Positions 24,018 through 35,108 of a stretch of 64,000 bases of DNA are shown piece by piece (positions within the stretch are counted from its first letter, which is position 1; every line of letters starts with the position of its first letter). Made by a program: the position numbers and the translations under genes. Below the pieces are notes generated by a model that saw only the letters and a list, made by a program, of their open reading frames with translations, was not told where the DNA came from and ran no database searches. Location: the NCBI GenBank assembly GCA_029210775.1, contig JARGGI010000001.1, positions 16,493-80,492 on the forward strand. Reading direction: 5' to 3'. The DNA comes from Patescibacteria group bacterium (GTDB lineage: Bacteria; Patescibacteriota; Minisyncoccia; JAHIHE01; JAGLIN01).

Positions 24018-25280
24018 TTAGAACTTTAAAATTTTTCTAAACATTTTTTTGTTATTGAAAGGACCAATTAGAGCTAAGTTTAGTTTTTTGTCAACGAAAA
24101 TATCGTTTGCAACTCTTTGTATATCTTCTGCTGTAACTTTGTCTATTTTAGCAAATTTTTCCTCTGGAGTCAAAATTTTTCCAACATCAAGTTCTTGTGT
24201 TGCAAAAAAACTCGCCATTGAACTTGACGACTCTAAAGCTATTACGCTTTGTCCTTTCAGATAGTCTTTTGCTCTTTTAATCTCTTCAATTCCAACCTTT
24301 TCATTTTTAATTTTTTTATATTCATCTATGATGATATTGATAGCGTTAAGACATTTTTCATTATTAACTCCCGTTTGTGATGCAAGATAACCAACATCAT
24401 TATAACTTTCAGGTGATGTGTAAATATAATAAGCAAGACCTTTTTCTACAACAGACATATAAAGGCGAGAACTCATATTTCCTCCAAGGATAATGCTCAA
24501 GAGATTCAACGCATATTTATCTTTGTGTCCATTCTTATATCCCCTAACGCCTAAACATAAGTGTGATTGATCTGTTTTTTGATACTTTAGATAAACATTT
24601 GGCTTAATTTGTTTATCATAAGCCTTGAGTTGTTTTTTTGATTTTGTTTTACTTATTGAATTAAAATATTGATTTATTTTATTTTTTATTAACTTTTCAT
24701 TAAAATTGCCTGCAACCACGATAACAATATTATCTCCAGTATAATATTTTTTATAATAATCCATAAAATCTATTTTTTGAACAGACTTAATAGTTTTTTT
24801 AGTACCACCAATATCCCAGCCCATAGAATTATTTAGATATAAAACTTCTTCAAATAGAAATGGAATTCTCATCATAGGATTATCAAAAAACATATTTAGC
24901 TCTTCAATTATAGTTCCTCGTTCGCTGTCAATATCTTCAGTGGCAAGCTTTGAATTCAAAAGCATATCAGAAATTACATCCAATGCCAAATCGCAATGCT
25001 TACTATCAACTTTCGCCCAAAAGCCAGTATGTTCTTTTCCTGTGAACGCATTATATGATCCTCCAACGCTATCAAGTTCCTTTGAAATATCAAGCTTTGT
25101 AGGACGTTTTTCTGTTCCTTTAAAAAACATATGCTCAAGAAAATGTGAAATGCCCCTGATCTTGTTTGTTTCGTTTTTTGATCCCGTTCCAACAATTACC
25201 AAAACAGTCACGGTTTTTGTTGATTTCATTGGAGCAATGACAATTTTTGCGCCATTTTTTAGTTTAAATTTTTTATACAT
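24018..25280 (-). CDS. M16 family zinc peptidase (insulinase-like)
   Basis: HFLEHMFFKGT inverted zinc motif HxxEH. Confidence 0.85.
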   Translation of the reverse strand: MYKKFKLKNGAKIVIAPMKSTKTVTVLVIVGTGSKNETNKIRGISHFLEHMFFKGTEKRPTKLDISKELDSVGGSYNAFTGKEHTGFWAKVDSKHCDLALDVISDMLLNSKLATEDIDSERGTIIEELNMFFDNPMMRIPFLFEEVLYLNNSMGWDIGGTKKTIKSVQKIDFMDYYKKYYTGDNIVIVVAGNFNEKLIKNKINQYFNSISKTKSKKQLKAYDKQIKPNVYLKYQKTDQSHLCLGVRGYKNGHKDKYALNLLSIILGGNMSSRLYMSVVEKGLAYYIYTSPESYNDVGYLASQTGVNNEKCLNAINIIIDEYKKIKNEKVGIEEIKRAKDYLKGQSVIALESSSSMASFFATQELDVGKILTPEEKFAKIDKVTAEDIQRVANDIFVDKKLNLALIGPFNNKKMFRKILKF

Positions 25281-26067
25281 TTAATTATAGATAAAAATTA
25301 AATCTCTTTTGTTTAAGAGATTTTATCCTTTGGAGATCGGTTAATCTTGATTCTAATTTACTTATAATCACAGATCTTAATGTTTTATCTCCTTTTTTAT
25401 AAAAATTATTTTCCAAGGCTTTTTTTAATACTCTATACTAATTTTTAAGTCATTTATTTTAAGATCGATCATTTCTATATTTATATTCAAACAACTTTCA
25501 TTGCTCATCTTTTTTTCAAGTTCAGCTGATCTATTTTTTATATATTTTAGTTTTATTTTTTTCTCCCTTTTTTTAATAATAGCCAGCCTGGCGTATGCTC
25601 TATCTAACATTTCATTATAATTCATAGCCTCCTTCTCATTTTGTTCTATTTCGTCCTGTCTTTTTTTAAGAGATTAATAATTAATTTTAAAACTCTCAAT
25701 CTTACACCTCCACATTTATAAATAAAGTTTATCACTTATAACAATAAAAGGCAATAATAATCCAAAAGGCCGGCGACTAGCAGTTTCTAAATAATACGAG
25801 CTATAGATTTTGCTTACTATTATTTTTAAATAATAGTGAGGAGAGAGATTTGCAAAATATTTAGTCCGATTAGAACACCGCTAATTCACCGACCTTTTGG
25901 CAATAATAATCTAAATATATTGTAATTTTATTATATAAATTATATCAAAATTGTCAACATAAAATTATCATTTTAATAAATGTGTTGAACTAATACACAT
26001 AAGGCTCTTTGTCAAAACGTGTGGTGGCTAACAGCTAACATGACTTTAGATATATAGTTTTGTATTA

Positions 26068-26233
26068 ATGAGAATATTAATTTATAGTTGTCGTTCCTAC
26101 CATAGGGAGGAATCGCTCTTATCTGGGAATTGATATTTGATATCATTTTTTATGGGAGTGGTGTGAATTGTTAATTTATCAATATAATTTTACAAATTCT
26201 TTAGTTATCCACCACAGTTATTAGTGTAGAGCC
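26068..26233 (+). repeat. intergenic repeat family C, copy 2
   Basis: see 9556-9722. Confidence 0.8.
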
Positions 26234-26447
26234 ACACATTGACAAATTATTTATTCAATGTAATAATGCATTTATATTTTTTATATTTAGAAATGACAAC
26301 ATCAAAATACAAAAAAATAATGATGGAAATAATGATAAACTGGATTTATACGGATCGAAAGATTTTGTAGTTATAATAAGATTTTTTTAACTCAATAAAT
26401 CGATCCTGAATGGTTCGGTTTTTTTAATTAATTATTAAAAAAATAAA

Positions 26448-27251
26448 ATGCAAATAACAATAATAAATGATTGTTGCGATCAAAACGCAAAACTTAGACA
26501 AGTTACAAGACTTGGCTCATTATTCCAAAATAGTTCTGTAAATTGTTTTAGCGTAAAATCTGAAATTGAAGCATCGGGATTTTTAGTCGATGCCATTGAC
26601 TCATTTGAAGGAAGAGAAGGGATTATATTAGTTAATGTTGCCCCTCGTAACGGAAAGGCAAAAAAATGGGAAAATGGAACACCTTTCGGTTTTTTCAAGT
26701 ATAAGAAAACATTAATTATATCTTCGTTGGACGGAAATGTTTTGTCTCTTGCAAAAAAACTTAATTTATTAAAAGAAATATATATCTTTGATATTCAAAA
26801 AGTAATTAAATCAATTGATAAAAGTGAATTAAATATAGACGAAAAAAATAGAATTACAAATAGTCAATTCAGAAGCTTTGATTTTTTACCAAAAATTGCT
26901 TATTGGTTAATGCATAATGTTAAGCTACCATATAATAAATACGATATTTCAAAAATTCAAAATATTAAAGGAAAAATTTGGTTTATAGATAATTTTGGTA
27001 ACATTAAAACGACATATTTAAAAAACGAGATTGTTACAGAAAAAAATGGTTATGCTAAATTTAATATTAATAACAGTAGCCTTAAGTTTAAACTTTATAA
27101 TCATTTAAAAGATTTGCCAGATAATGAAACGGGTTTAGTTGTTGGAAGTTCTGGAATTGGTGAAAAGAGATTTATCGAAATAATATCTCAAGGAGCGAGT
27201 GCTACAAAAAAGCTTAAAGCTGACTTTAGTTCAAAAATATCAACATCTTGA
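26448..27251 (+). CDS. DUF62 / SAM hydroxide adenosyltransferase-family protein
   Basis: C-terminal IWFIDNFGNIKTT resembles the D-x-FGN motif; weak N-terminal conservation. Confidence 0.5.
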   Translation: MQITIINDCCDQNAKLRQVTRLGSLFQNSSVNCFSVKSEIEASGFLVDAIDSFEGREGIILVNVAPRNGKAKKWENGTPFGFFKYKKTLIISSLDGNVLSLAKKLNLLKEIYIFDIQKVIKSIDKSELNIDEKNRITNSQFRSFDFLPKIAYWLMHNVKLPYNKYDISKIQNIKGKIWFIDNFGNIKTTYLKNEIVTEKNGYAKFNINNSSLKFKLYNHLKDLPDNETGLVVGSSGIGEKRFIEIISQGASATKKLKADFSSKISTS

Positions 27252-27396
27252 CAATTTATTAAAAAAAGAATACAATATATTAATAATTCAAGCTAAAAGT
27301 CGGTCTAATTAAATAGAAATTAGAAGACGGATGTAATTTTCATCCATTTTTTATTTGAATGAAAATTTAATTATACTATTTATAAATTCAAAAATT

Positions 27397-29178
27397 ATGG
27401 AAATTAGAAATATTGCAATTATTGCTCATGTTGATCATGGAAAAACAACCTTGACGGATGCATTAATGCGGCAAACTGGAATGGTTACAGACGAAGCGAT
27501 AAGTATGGATAATAATGATTTGGAATTAGAGCGTGGAATTACAATTTATTCAAAAAATGCTTCTTTGTTTTATAAAGGAACAAAAATTAATATTGTGGAC
27601 ACTCCTGGACATGCTGATTTTGGATCTGAGGTGGAGCGAGTTTTGCGATCAATTGATAGCGTTCTTTTGGTTGTAGATGCTCAAGAAGGGCCAATGCCAC
27701 AAACGAAATTTGTTCTCAAAAAGTCTTTAGAGCTTGGATTGAAACCGATTGTTGTTTTGAATAAAATTGATAAGCCTGCGGCAAATGTTGATCTTGCTCA
27801 TGATCAGATTTTGGAATTATTTATGGACCTTGGTGCAAATGATGAACAATTAGATTTTGTAACTGTTTATGCAATTGGAAGAGAAGGAATTGCTAAGAAG
27901 AATATTAATGATGAATCAAAAGATTTAATGCCACTACTTGATGCGATTGTGGAAAATGTTTCATCTGCAAAAGCAGACACATCCTTGCCACTTCTGATTC
28001 AACCCTTTAATCTTGCCTATGATGATTTTCTTGGCAGATTGGCAGTTGGAAGAATTTATGAAGGAAGTATAAAAAAGGGAGATAAGGTCATTGTGAAAAA
28101 ACCAACTGGAGAAATTCGGAAAGCATCAGTTACAAAAATATCTACTTTTCACGGCACTGAAAGAAAGGAAGTAAATCAAGCTGACGCCGGAGATATTGTA
28201 ATTCTTGCTGGAATTGCTGATATATATATTGGAGAAACAATATGCTCAAATGAAAATCAAAAACCGCTTCCAGCGATTACTGTTGATGAGCCGACAATTT
28301 CTGTTAATTTTTTAGTTAATAATTCACCTTTTGCTGGAAAAGAAGGGAAGTTTGTTACCATTCGACAAATTAGAGAAAGACTCGAGAAAGAATTAGAAGT
28401 TAATGTTGGTCTAAGAATTGATTTTAGCGCAGTTGATTCCTTTAAAGTATTTGGAAGGGGAGAAATGCACATTGCAATTCTTCTTGAAAATATGAGACGA
28501 CAGGGATATGAACTTCAAATTTCACAACCGAGTGTAATTATAAAAGAAAAAAATGGAAAAAAACTAGAGCCATTTGAGGAAATAACAATTGATATACCAG
28601 ATGAATTTTCAGGAACAGTTATCGAAAAAATGGCGAAACGAAAAGGTAATATGATTGAGATGAAATCAGAAAATGGAAACACAAGAATTATTTTTGAAAT
28701 TCCGACAAGAGGAATTCTTGGATATAGGGGAGAATTTATAATTGATACAAAAGGTGAAGGAATTTTATGTTCCCGCGTGATTGAATTTAGAGAATATGTC
28801 GGAGAAATCAAAAAAAGACATTTAGGGTCAATGGTATCTATGCTTGCTGGAAAAGCTCTTGGATTTTCATTATATAATTTACAAGATAGAGGAGAATTAT
28901 ATATAAAACCAAACATTGAAGTTTATGAAGGAATGGTGATTGGAAATGCTTCCAAAGGAAAAGATTTAACGGTGAATCCAATTAAAGGAAAACACTTAAC
29001 AAATATGCGCGCATCAGGTTCAGATGAAAATTTAAAACTTGTTCCTCCTATTGAAATTACTCTTGAAAGCGGAATGGAAATTATGCAGGAAGATGAATAT
29101 CTTGAAATCACTCCAAAAAACATCCGTCTCAGGAAAAAACTTCTTAAGGATAATGATAGGGTGATTGCAAAAAGATAA
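27397..29178 (+). CDS. typA: translational GTPase TypA/BipA (ORF track starts 27355; conserved N-terminus begins at Met 27397)
   Basis: [31 protein letters not shown]; EF-G-like domain order. Confidence 0.9.
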   Translation: MEIRNIAIIAHVDHGKTTLTDALMRQTGMVTDEAISMDNNDLELERGITIYSKNASLFYKGTKINIVDTPGHADFGSEVERVLRSIDSVLLVVDAQEGPMPQTKFVLKKSLELGLKPIVVLNKIDKPAANVDLAHDQILELFMDLGANDEQLDFVTVYAIGREGIAKKNINDESKDLMPLLDAIVENVSSAKADTSLPLLIQPFNLAYDDFLGRLAVGRIYEGSIKKGDKVIVKKPTGEIRKASVTKISTFHGTERKEVNQADAGDIVILAGIADIYIGETICSNENQKPLPAITVDEPTISVNFLVNNSPFAGKEGKFVTIRQIRERLEKELEVNVGLRIDFSAVDSFKVFGRGEMHIAILLENMRRQGYELQISQPSVIIKEKNGKKLEPFEEITIDIPDEFSGTVIEKMAKRKGNMIEMKSENGNTRIIFEIPTRGILGYRGEFIIDTKGEGILCSRVIEFREYVGEIKKRHLGSMVSMLAGKALGFSLYNLQDRGELYIKPNIEVYEGMVIGNASKGKDLTVNPIKGKHLTNMRASGSDENLKLVPPIEITLESGMEIMQEDEYLEITPKNIRLRKKLLKDNDRVIAKR

Positions 29179-29272
29179 ACATAACAGAATGTGACAGATT
29201 TTCTGGCTCAGTTTTGAATTTTTTTTATTTAATGCTATTCTAAAATCATAATATTCATTTAAGGGTTTTAAA

Positions 29273-29824
29273 ATGAAGAAATTACCGATTATAAAAAACA
29301 GTAAATGGGTTGATTTTATGTCTTCAAAAAAGATTGATATTTCCGGAAAAGTCATCTTAATGAGTTTTTGGACATATCCTTGTGTTCAATGCGATCGACA
29401 TATGCCATATCTAAGAGAAATTTGGAACTCTATAAATCATGATAAATTTTTGATTATTGGTGTTTACACTCCAACCTCTAAATATGGAATTGACAAAAAA
29501 AGCACAATGGACATTGTTATAAGTTTGGATATAAATTGGTCTGTAATATTTGATAATGAATATAAGTTTTGCCAAAAATTTCAAAATGAACTTTGGCCAT
29601 CTCTTTATTTATTTGATCAAGAAAAGAATCTTGTCTACGGTTGTTATGGGAAATTTAAATATATTGAATTAAAGGAAAATATAAAAAATCTTTTGAAAAA
29701 AAATCACATAGTTTCGAACATTTTCGAAAATAAGAACCCTGAAAATGTTTGTTTTATAGAAATTCCAAACACAAAAAAGGATGATATCAAGAAATCAATT
29801 ACTGAAGATTGTAAACTTTTGTAA
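29273..29824 (+). CDS. thioredoxin-fold redoxin (CxxC = CVQC)
   Basis: SFWTYPCVQCDRHMPYL thioredoxin-like active-site context. Confidence 0.55.
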   Translation: MKKLPIIKNSKWVDFMSSKKIDISGKVILMSFWTYPCVQCDRHMPYLREIWNSINHDKFLIIGVYTPTSKYGIDKKSTMDIVISLDINWSVIFDNEYKFCQKFQNELWPSLYLFDQEKNLVYGCYGKFKYIELKENIKNLLKKNHIVSNIFENKNPENVCFIEIPNTKKDDIKKSITEDCKLL

Positions 29825-29889
29825 ATTATAATCGTTTTATGAAAAACAGATTACTTTGAAAGTAGTCTGTTTTTTTGATTTTAATCTAA

Positions 29890-30768
29890 TTATTGCTGAA
29901 GACAATCATTAAATAATTCAATCTGCTTATTATATTCAGCAATCAATTCTTTTTGTTCGTTTATAAGAATGTTAATTTGCTTTACAATTAAATTGTAATT
30001 ATCAATCATATTATTGTAAGTTTTGATATCTTTCCTTGTTTTTAAATTCATTGATTTAATTGAATTTCGAAGAGAGATTGAATTTTTTTCAAGATTTGAA
30101 ATTTGGTTTTGATTATTTTCGATTTCAGTTTTCAAATTTTGATTTACTTTTGGACAATCAGAAAATGGTCTGGCGAAAATTTGAACACCAATCCATGTTT
30201 GATGATTTTCGTAAAAACCTTTTTTTACAGCAATTCCAATTTCAGTATAACTTGTGTTGAGTATATTTGCTCTATGTCCTGGGCTATCCATCCATGCCTG
30301 AACAAGAGTTTGATCATCTTTGAAATTTCCCAAGGCAATATTTTCACCTATAGAAATATATTCGTAATTTACATCTTTTGCGATATCCGACGCTCCAAGC
30401 CCTTCGGGGGAAATATGTTCAAAATATTGCTTAGCAAACATATCTTCAAGTCTTGCCATTGCAATTTCATCAAGCATATCGTTTTTTAAAAGTGCCGGCA
30501 AAGATTTTGTTTCGTCTCTTTGAATGTTCGTCCAATTTAAGACCCCTTCTTTTGTTAAAAATGAATTTTCAGAATTTTCTCTGCTGACAAGTGGTGATGG
30601 AGTATTTATATTTCTATCAATTTCCTTTAATAAATTTTCACTAAATTTTTTTTCAAATTGTGGAATTTGTTCAAAATCAAAATTTGGAAAATTTTCTCCA
30701 ACAAAAGAAAACGCAAACCAAATTAACACAAAAAGAATAAATGAAAATGTAAGAAATTTTTTAATCAT
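29890..30768 (-). CDS. secreted CAP/SCP (PR-1-like) domain protein with coiled-coil C-terminus
   Basis: Signal peptide; WMDSPGHRANIL...YTEIGIAV CAP motifs. Confidence 0.65.
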   Translation of the reverse strand: MIKKFLTFSFILFVLIWFAFSFVGENFPNFDFEQIPQFEKKFSENLLKEIDRNINTPSPLVSRENSENSFLTKEGVLNWTNIQRDETKSLPALLKNDMLDEIAMARLEDMFAKQYFEHISPEGLGASDIAKDVNYEYISIGENIALGNFKDDQTLVQAWMDSPGHRANILNTSYTEIGIAVKKGFYENHQTWIGVQIFARPFSDCPKVNQNLKTEIENNQNQISNLEKNSISLRNSIKSMNLKTRKDIKTYNNMIDNYNLIVKQINILINEQKELIAEYNKQIELFNDCLQQ

Positions 30769-30924
30769 ATATTTTAAAATTGTTAAAACAATATATTTAT
30801 CTTTTAGCTGTATTTATAATATTACCTCTTTTTGACAAATAAATATATTCTTCGAGTAAGCAATGTGAGTTGAGAAGTTTTTGTGTTTAGTTTCTAATTA
30901 CATAGGCAGGTAATTTGTCGTCCA

Positions 30925-30990
30925 GCTTATCTCTGTCATTGCGAGGAGGTACGACGTGGCAATCCCGCAAATTTGTCATCCGGTCCGAAA
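30925..30990. repeat. solo arm of TGTCATT MITE family
   Basis: TCTCTGTCATTGCGAGGAGGTACGACGTGGCAATCCCG. Confidence 0.7.
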
Positions 30991-31778
30991 GATATATTCT
31001 TCAAGCGGTTGAAGTTATTTAAAATAAATTTAGGATAACTACACCGCTATCCCCATCTAAGAATGAGAAATTAACTTTCATGCTGTTTTCATTATAAATC
31101 ATTTTATAAATATTATCCATAAAAAAATAAGTATTTATTTTGATCAATATATTTTTATTTTGAATTACGAAATGCAATGAAATTAAAATTGACAGACCTG
31201 TGTATAAGCTAACTTTATAAAAGTGACACAAATTTCAGAAAATAAATAATCCTTATTTTAAAAGATAAAACTTGTGGATAACTTTGAATTTGACATGTTC
31301 TTTGAAAGGAAGATAATAGAGACGTGGCTATGTCTTTATAAAAGGCAAAAAGCATTGTATTAACCGCAAGGGGAGGGTCTTGATTTTTATGTAAACAAAG
31401 AAAAGAATCAATTAATTTTTAATAAAAATTTTCCAACAAGGAAAAGAAAAATTGATTCAAATAACCTAATACTTGATTGAAATAGTGCGAAAAGATCAAC
31501 CAAACGAAATTCTTGTTTAGATTTTGGTTGTTTTTTGTACACTAAAATTTCTTTTTACAAATGCTGTTTAATGTTTTGTCACTTTGTTAAAGACGAATAA
31601 AAAAATAAATAAGTTTAATATAAAAAATTAAAGGTCGAAGTTGTTTGTCTAAGTTTTAATAATTTGCTATTATTTTGGATTTAATTTTAAGTATCTGTGA
31701 TAGATTCCAGATCAAGTTCGAAATAATAAAAAAGGGTGAAAAATTTAGACGAGTAACTCTAAAAATTTTAATAACTTT

Positions 31779-31906
31779 GAATTACGAAATGTCTTTCTAA
31801 GTCAAACAAAGAATCCCGAAATTACGCACACAGATCTTAATGAAGGGATTATTATGTGATTTTAATTCTTACAATGACAACAAAATTTTGTATTTTGTAA
31901 TTTAAA
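31779..31906 (+). repeat. intergenic repeat family D, copy 2, about 95 bp upstream of vWA gene
   Basis: see 3334-3465. Confidence 0.7.
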
Positions 31907-31999
31907 GCAATAAAAAAATTTAATTAAATTAAATCTTTTCTTCTGTTGATTTTTTAAATTGATAGTGAAAATAAGCAGAAGATTAAGGAGAATAAATTT

Positions 32000-33358
32000 A
32001 TGAGAAGTAAAAAAATATTAGCTTCTCTTGCACTACTTGCAGTTGTGGTAGTTTCAGCATCAATGTTCGCTGCATTTGAAGCTCATGTCATTAATGTGAC
32101 AGCAAAAATTGAAAATGCCTTAACAGTCCCAATTAATCACATTGATTTTGGAACAGTGTTTCCACAAGAACAACTTGATAGACCTTTAGAAATCGCTCTA
32201 TCTGATTCATTTATAGCAGAAAACAGAGTTGATGATGTGGAATATATGATTCGTCAAAAACCAAAATGCGCTATAACGACAAATGAAGGAATAAATTTTG
32301 ATCCTGATTTTACAAAAACAGGACACATTGTCTTGGGTAGTGATGGAACAGCGACAATTGAATGTGGTGAACCAACGAGAGATTTGACAGAAGGCGAAAG
32401 TTGGGGTGTTCTACCTTCACTTTGTCCATATCTTTCAAAACATAAAGCTGAAAACGATCCAGATGACAATCAAATAGGAATTGAAAAGGAAGTTGACGCT
32501 TTTCACCAACCATATAAAGTAATTCAAAATTCAGATAGCAGTTATAGTTTAGTTTATAATGAAGCAAAAGGAAGACTTGCAAAAACAGATAGTGACACAG
32601 TTGATAACTGGGTTATTGACCTTAAAGTTCCTTGTTTTGGAAATCATTGCGCTCAAGACTGGGAAAATTTTGTAACTGGAATTAATCCAGATGCAATTCC
32701 AGCTGATTATGTTCAAGAAATTGGTGATGAGCATAAGATTTTCGGATGTGATTTGTGGGTTGAAGTTACTGAAGTTTCAGAAGACAATGGAGATCTTGCT
32801 TGTTCAAATGCAGATGTAATGCTTGTTCTTGACAGATCTGGAAGTATTGCAACTGACCTTCAAACTCTCAAAGACGCTGCAACAAATTTTGTTACAGCTT
32901 TAGCTCCAACTTCTACTGGTGTTCATATAGGACAAACAAGTTTTGCAAATGTTGGTTCATTAGATTTAGGTCTTTCATATGATGTTTCAGCTATTAATCT
33001 CGCAATATCTGGTTTAAGTTCTGCTGGTTATACAAATTTAGCAGATGGGATTTTGTTTGCGAGCACTGAATTAGCCAGTGGTAATGACAGAAATGATGCA
33101 GACAATCCAGATTATATGGTTGTTATCACCGATGGTGATCCAAACTATCCAGATGCTTCAACTGCTGAATCCTTAGCAACAGATGCAGCAAATGCAGCAA
33201 GAGCTGCTGGTACCAAAATTTATGTTGTGGGCGTAGGAAGTGCTTTAAATGACGTCTATTTAAGTCAAAACATTGCAAACCACACAGGACAATATTATAG
33301 CGTTGCTAATTATTCTGATTTATCTGCAGTTTTTTCTGGAATTGCAACCTGTAACTAA
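32000..33358 (+). CDS. secreted vWA-domain protein (452 aa) with SipW-cognate-like signal/EAHVINVTAKIEN motif
   Basis: SD AAGGAGAATAAATTT-ATG; signal peptide; MIDAS DRSGS (LVLDRSGSI), TDGDP; paralog of 36674-37879. Confidence 0.8.
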   Translation: MRSKKILASLALLAVVVVSASMFAAFEAHVINVTAKIENALTVPINHIDFGTVFPQEQLDRPLEIALSDSFIAENRVDDVEYMIRQKPKCAITTNEGINFDPDFTKTGHIVLGSDGTATIECGEPTRDLTEGESWGVLPSLCPYLSKHKAENDPDDNQIGIEKEVDAFHQPYKVIQNSDSSYSLVYNEAKGRLAKTDSDTVDNWVIDLKVPCFGNHCAQDWENFVTGINPDAIPADYVQEIGDEHKIFGCDLWVEVTEVSEDNGDLACSNADVMLVLDRSGSIATDLQTLKDAATNFVTALAPTSTGVHIGQTSFANVGSLDLGLSYDVSAINLAISGLSSAGYTNLADGILFASTELASGNDRNDADNPDYMVVITDGDPNYPDASTAESLATDAANAARAAGTKIYVVGVGSALNDVYLSQNIANHTGQYYSVANYSDLSAVFSGIATCN

Positions 33359-33449
33359 TTCTGTTTGCTTAAATTTAAAGTGATTATTTTAATTACTTTT
33401 GACTCTGCGTCTTTGAATTAAGGCGCAGGGGACTGAGGTCGTTAAAAGT

Positions 33450-33842
33450 ATATTGTTATTGCGAGCGAAGCGTGGCAATCATGCGACTATGTCTGTCATT
33501 GCGAGCGAAGCGTGGCAATCCCGAAATAAATTCAGAAAGTTATAATATATCGTTTCGTGAATTTAGACTTGAGATTGCTTCGTCGCTATGCTCCTCGCAA
33601 AGACAATGTTATTCCTCTGTCATTGCGAGCGAAGCGTGGCAATCCCGAAATTAGTTTCAGAAAACTGTAATATATCGTTTCGTGAATTTAGACTCGAGAT
33701 TGCTTCGTCGCTATACTCCTCGCAAAGACAAACACAAGAAAAAAAAGTTTTATGTTAATAAACTCGAGATTGCTTCGTCGCTATACTCCTCGCAAAGACA
33801 GAGATAGATTGTCACATCGCTATGCTCCTCGCAACGACAAAC
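33450..33842. repeat. array of about 4 tandem/partial copies of the TGTCATT MITE family (about 110-120 bp units)
   Basis: alternating arms TGTCATTGCGAGCGAAGCGTGGCAATCCCGAAA and GATTGCTTCGTCGCTATRCTCCTCGCAAAGACA separated by a conserved core ...CGTTTCGTGAATTTAGACTYGAG. Confidence 0.85.
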
Positions 33843-34020
33843 ATAGTAAAATTTGAAAAATTTATATAAACAGTATACAATGTATGCAATAAATATTAAC
33901 AAATCAAAAATGGAAAATGAAAATTTAGAAAAAGATGAAAATTTACGAGAAGATTTGACACAAGAAAACGAAACAATTACAAAAAACGAAGAAGTAAAGA
34001 TCGAAGAAAAATCTGAAGGT

Positions 34021-34461
34021 ATGAAAAAAATTCAGAAAAATAAAATGACACCGAAAAAGATTTTGAAAATCGCTGCCCTTTTTATAGCATTCTTTCTGGT
34101 CTGGTTTACAGTTGTGCAATATATCACTGCTGATAAATATGAAGCGGTAGTCAAAGTTATAGAAGAAGGAGGAAAAGTTGGAGTGAATCCAATGACAGAG
34201 CGACTTGATTATGGAGATTTACCAAAAGGAAATGCATCAACAAGATTTATTACAATTGAAAATAGTGGGAGTATGGATATTTTCGTTGTAGTTGTAAAAT
34301 ATGGTGGAATCGCTGAACTAATAAAGATTAACGAAAATAATTTTGTTCTTTCATCGGGAGACAAAAAAAAGCTTGAATTGACACTTAATATGCCGATCAG
34401 TGCGAATAAGAAAGGATATGAAGGAAAAATTGTAATATTTAAACTACCGAAATTGTTTTAA
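34021..34461 (+). CDS. small signal-anchored Ig-like-fold protein (ORF track 33853; likely start Met 34021 after GAAGGT SD)
   Basis: MKKIQKNK..KILKIAALFIAFFLVWF anchor; LDYGDLPKGNASTRFITIENSGSMDIFVVVV Ig-like (DUF1573/ASH-like pattern). Confidence 0.55.
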   Translation: MKKIQKNKMTPKKILKIAALFIAFFLVWFTVVQYITADKYEAVVKVIEEGGKVGVNPMTERLDYGDLPKGNASTRFITIENSGSMDIFVVVVKYGGIAELIKINENNFVLSSGDKKKLELTLNMPISANKKGYEGKIVIFKLPKLF

Positions 34462-34595
34462 ATCCTAATGTTGTTCTAAATTTATTTCTGAATCTATTGA
34501 GTAGTAGAGTTTGTCTATGGTTTATTTCACAATAACAGATGTAATAGTTAGAAGATCCTGAACTAAATTCAGAATGACGATATAAAACGAAAAAA

Positions 34596-35021
34596 ATGAA
34601 CAAAAAAAAGAAATCAATAATTGAATTTATTATATATTTAGTCTTTGTTGGCGCAGTTGCAATTGGAACGCCGAAAGCCTTAGTTTATGCTCTTGGAACT
34701 GACTATCCGATTGCATCCATAACTTCCGGTTCAATGTGGCCAGAATTGAAAAAAAATGATTTGGTACTCATTAAATATGCTGAAAAAAAAAGTCTTGCAA
34801 AAGGAGATATAGTGGTTTTTAAAAATGAAAGAGGTTTTACAATTCATAGAATAGTTGAATTAAACGAAGACACAATTACGACAAAAGGGGATGCAAATAA
34901 TGTTTCTGATTCTCCTGTTGAGTATGAAAAAATTATCGGTAAGACTGTTAATTGGAATAATAAGCCAGTTAGAATTCCATATTTAGGCAGACTGACAATT
35001 TGGGCTTCAAATCGACGATAA
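34596..35021 (+). CDS. signal peptidase I, archaeal/ER type (SipW-like, S26 family)
   Basis: N-terminal TM, SITSGSMWPELKKNDLVLI (SGSMxP box), short 141-aa length typical of SipW/SPC18 type. Confidence 0.75.
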   Translation: MNKKKKSIIEFIIYLVFVGAVAIGTPKALVYALGTDYPIASITSGSMWPELKKNDLVLIKYAEKKSLAKGDIVVFKNERGFTIHRIVELNEDTITTKGDANNVSDSPVEYEKIIGKTVNWNNKPVRIPYLGRLTIWASNRR

Positions 35022-35108
35022 AGCTATATAATTAAAAACTGTATGTATAATTTCTCAATTCATTTTATTCGTTTGATGAATAATATTCATTAGATATAAT
35101 CAAAAAGT

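Noticed and set aside
25425-25625. 66-aa ORF on minus strand
   Set aside because: No SD, low-complexity Lys/Ile-rich translation, lies in a repeat-rich intergenic region; not supported.
31019-31231. 70-aa ORF on minus strand between the CAP-domain gene and the vWA gene
   Set aside because: Embedded in an AT-rich promoter/repeat region (contains a partial family-D repeat); no supporting signals.
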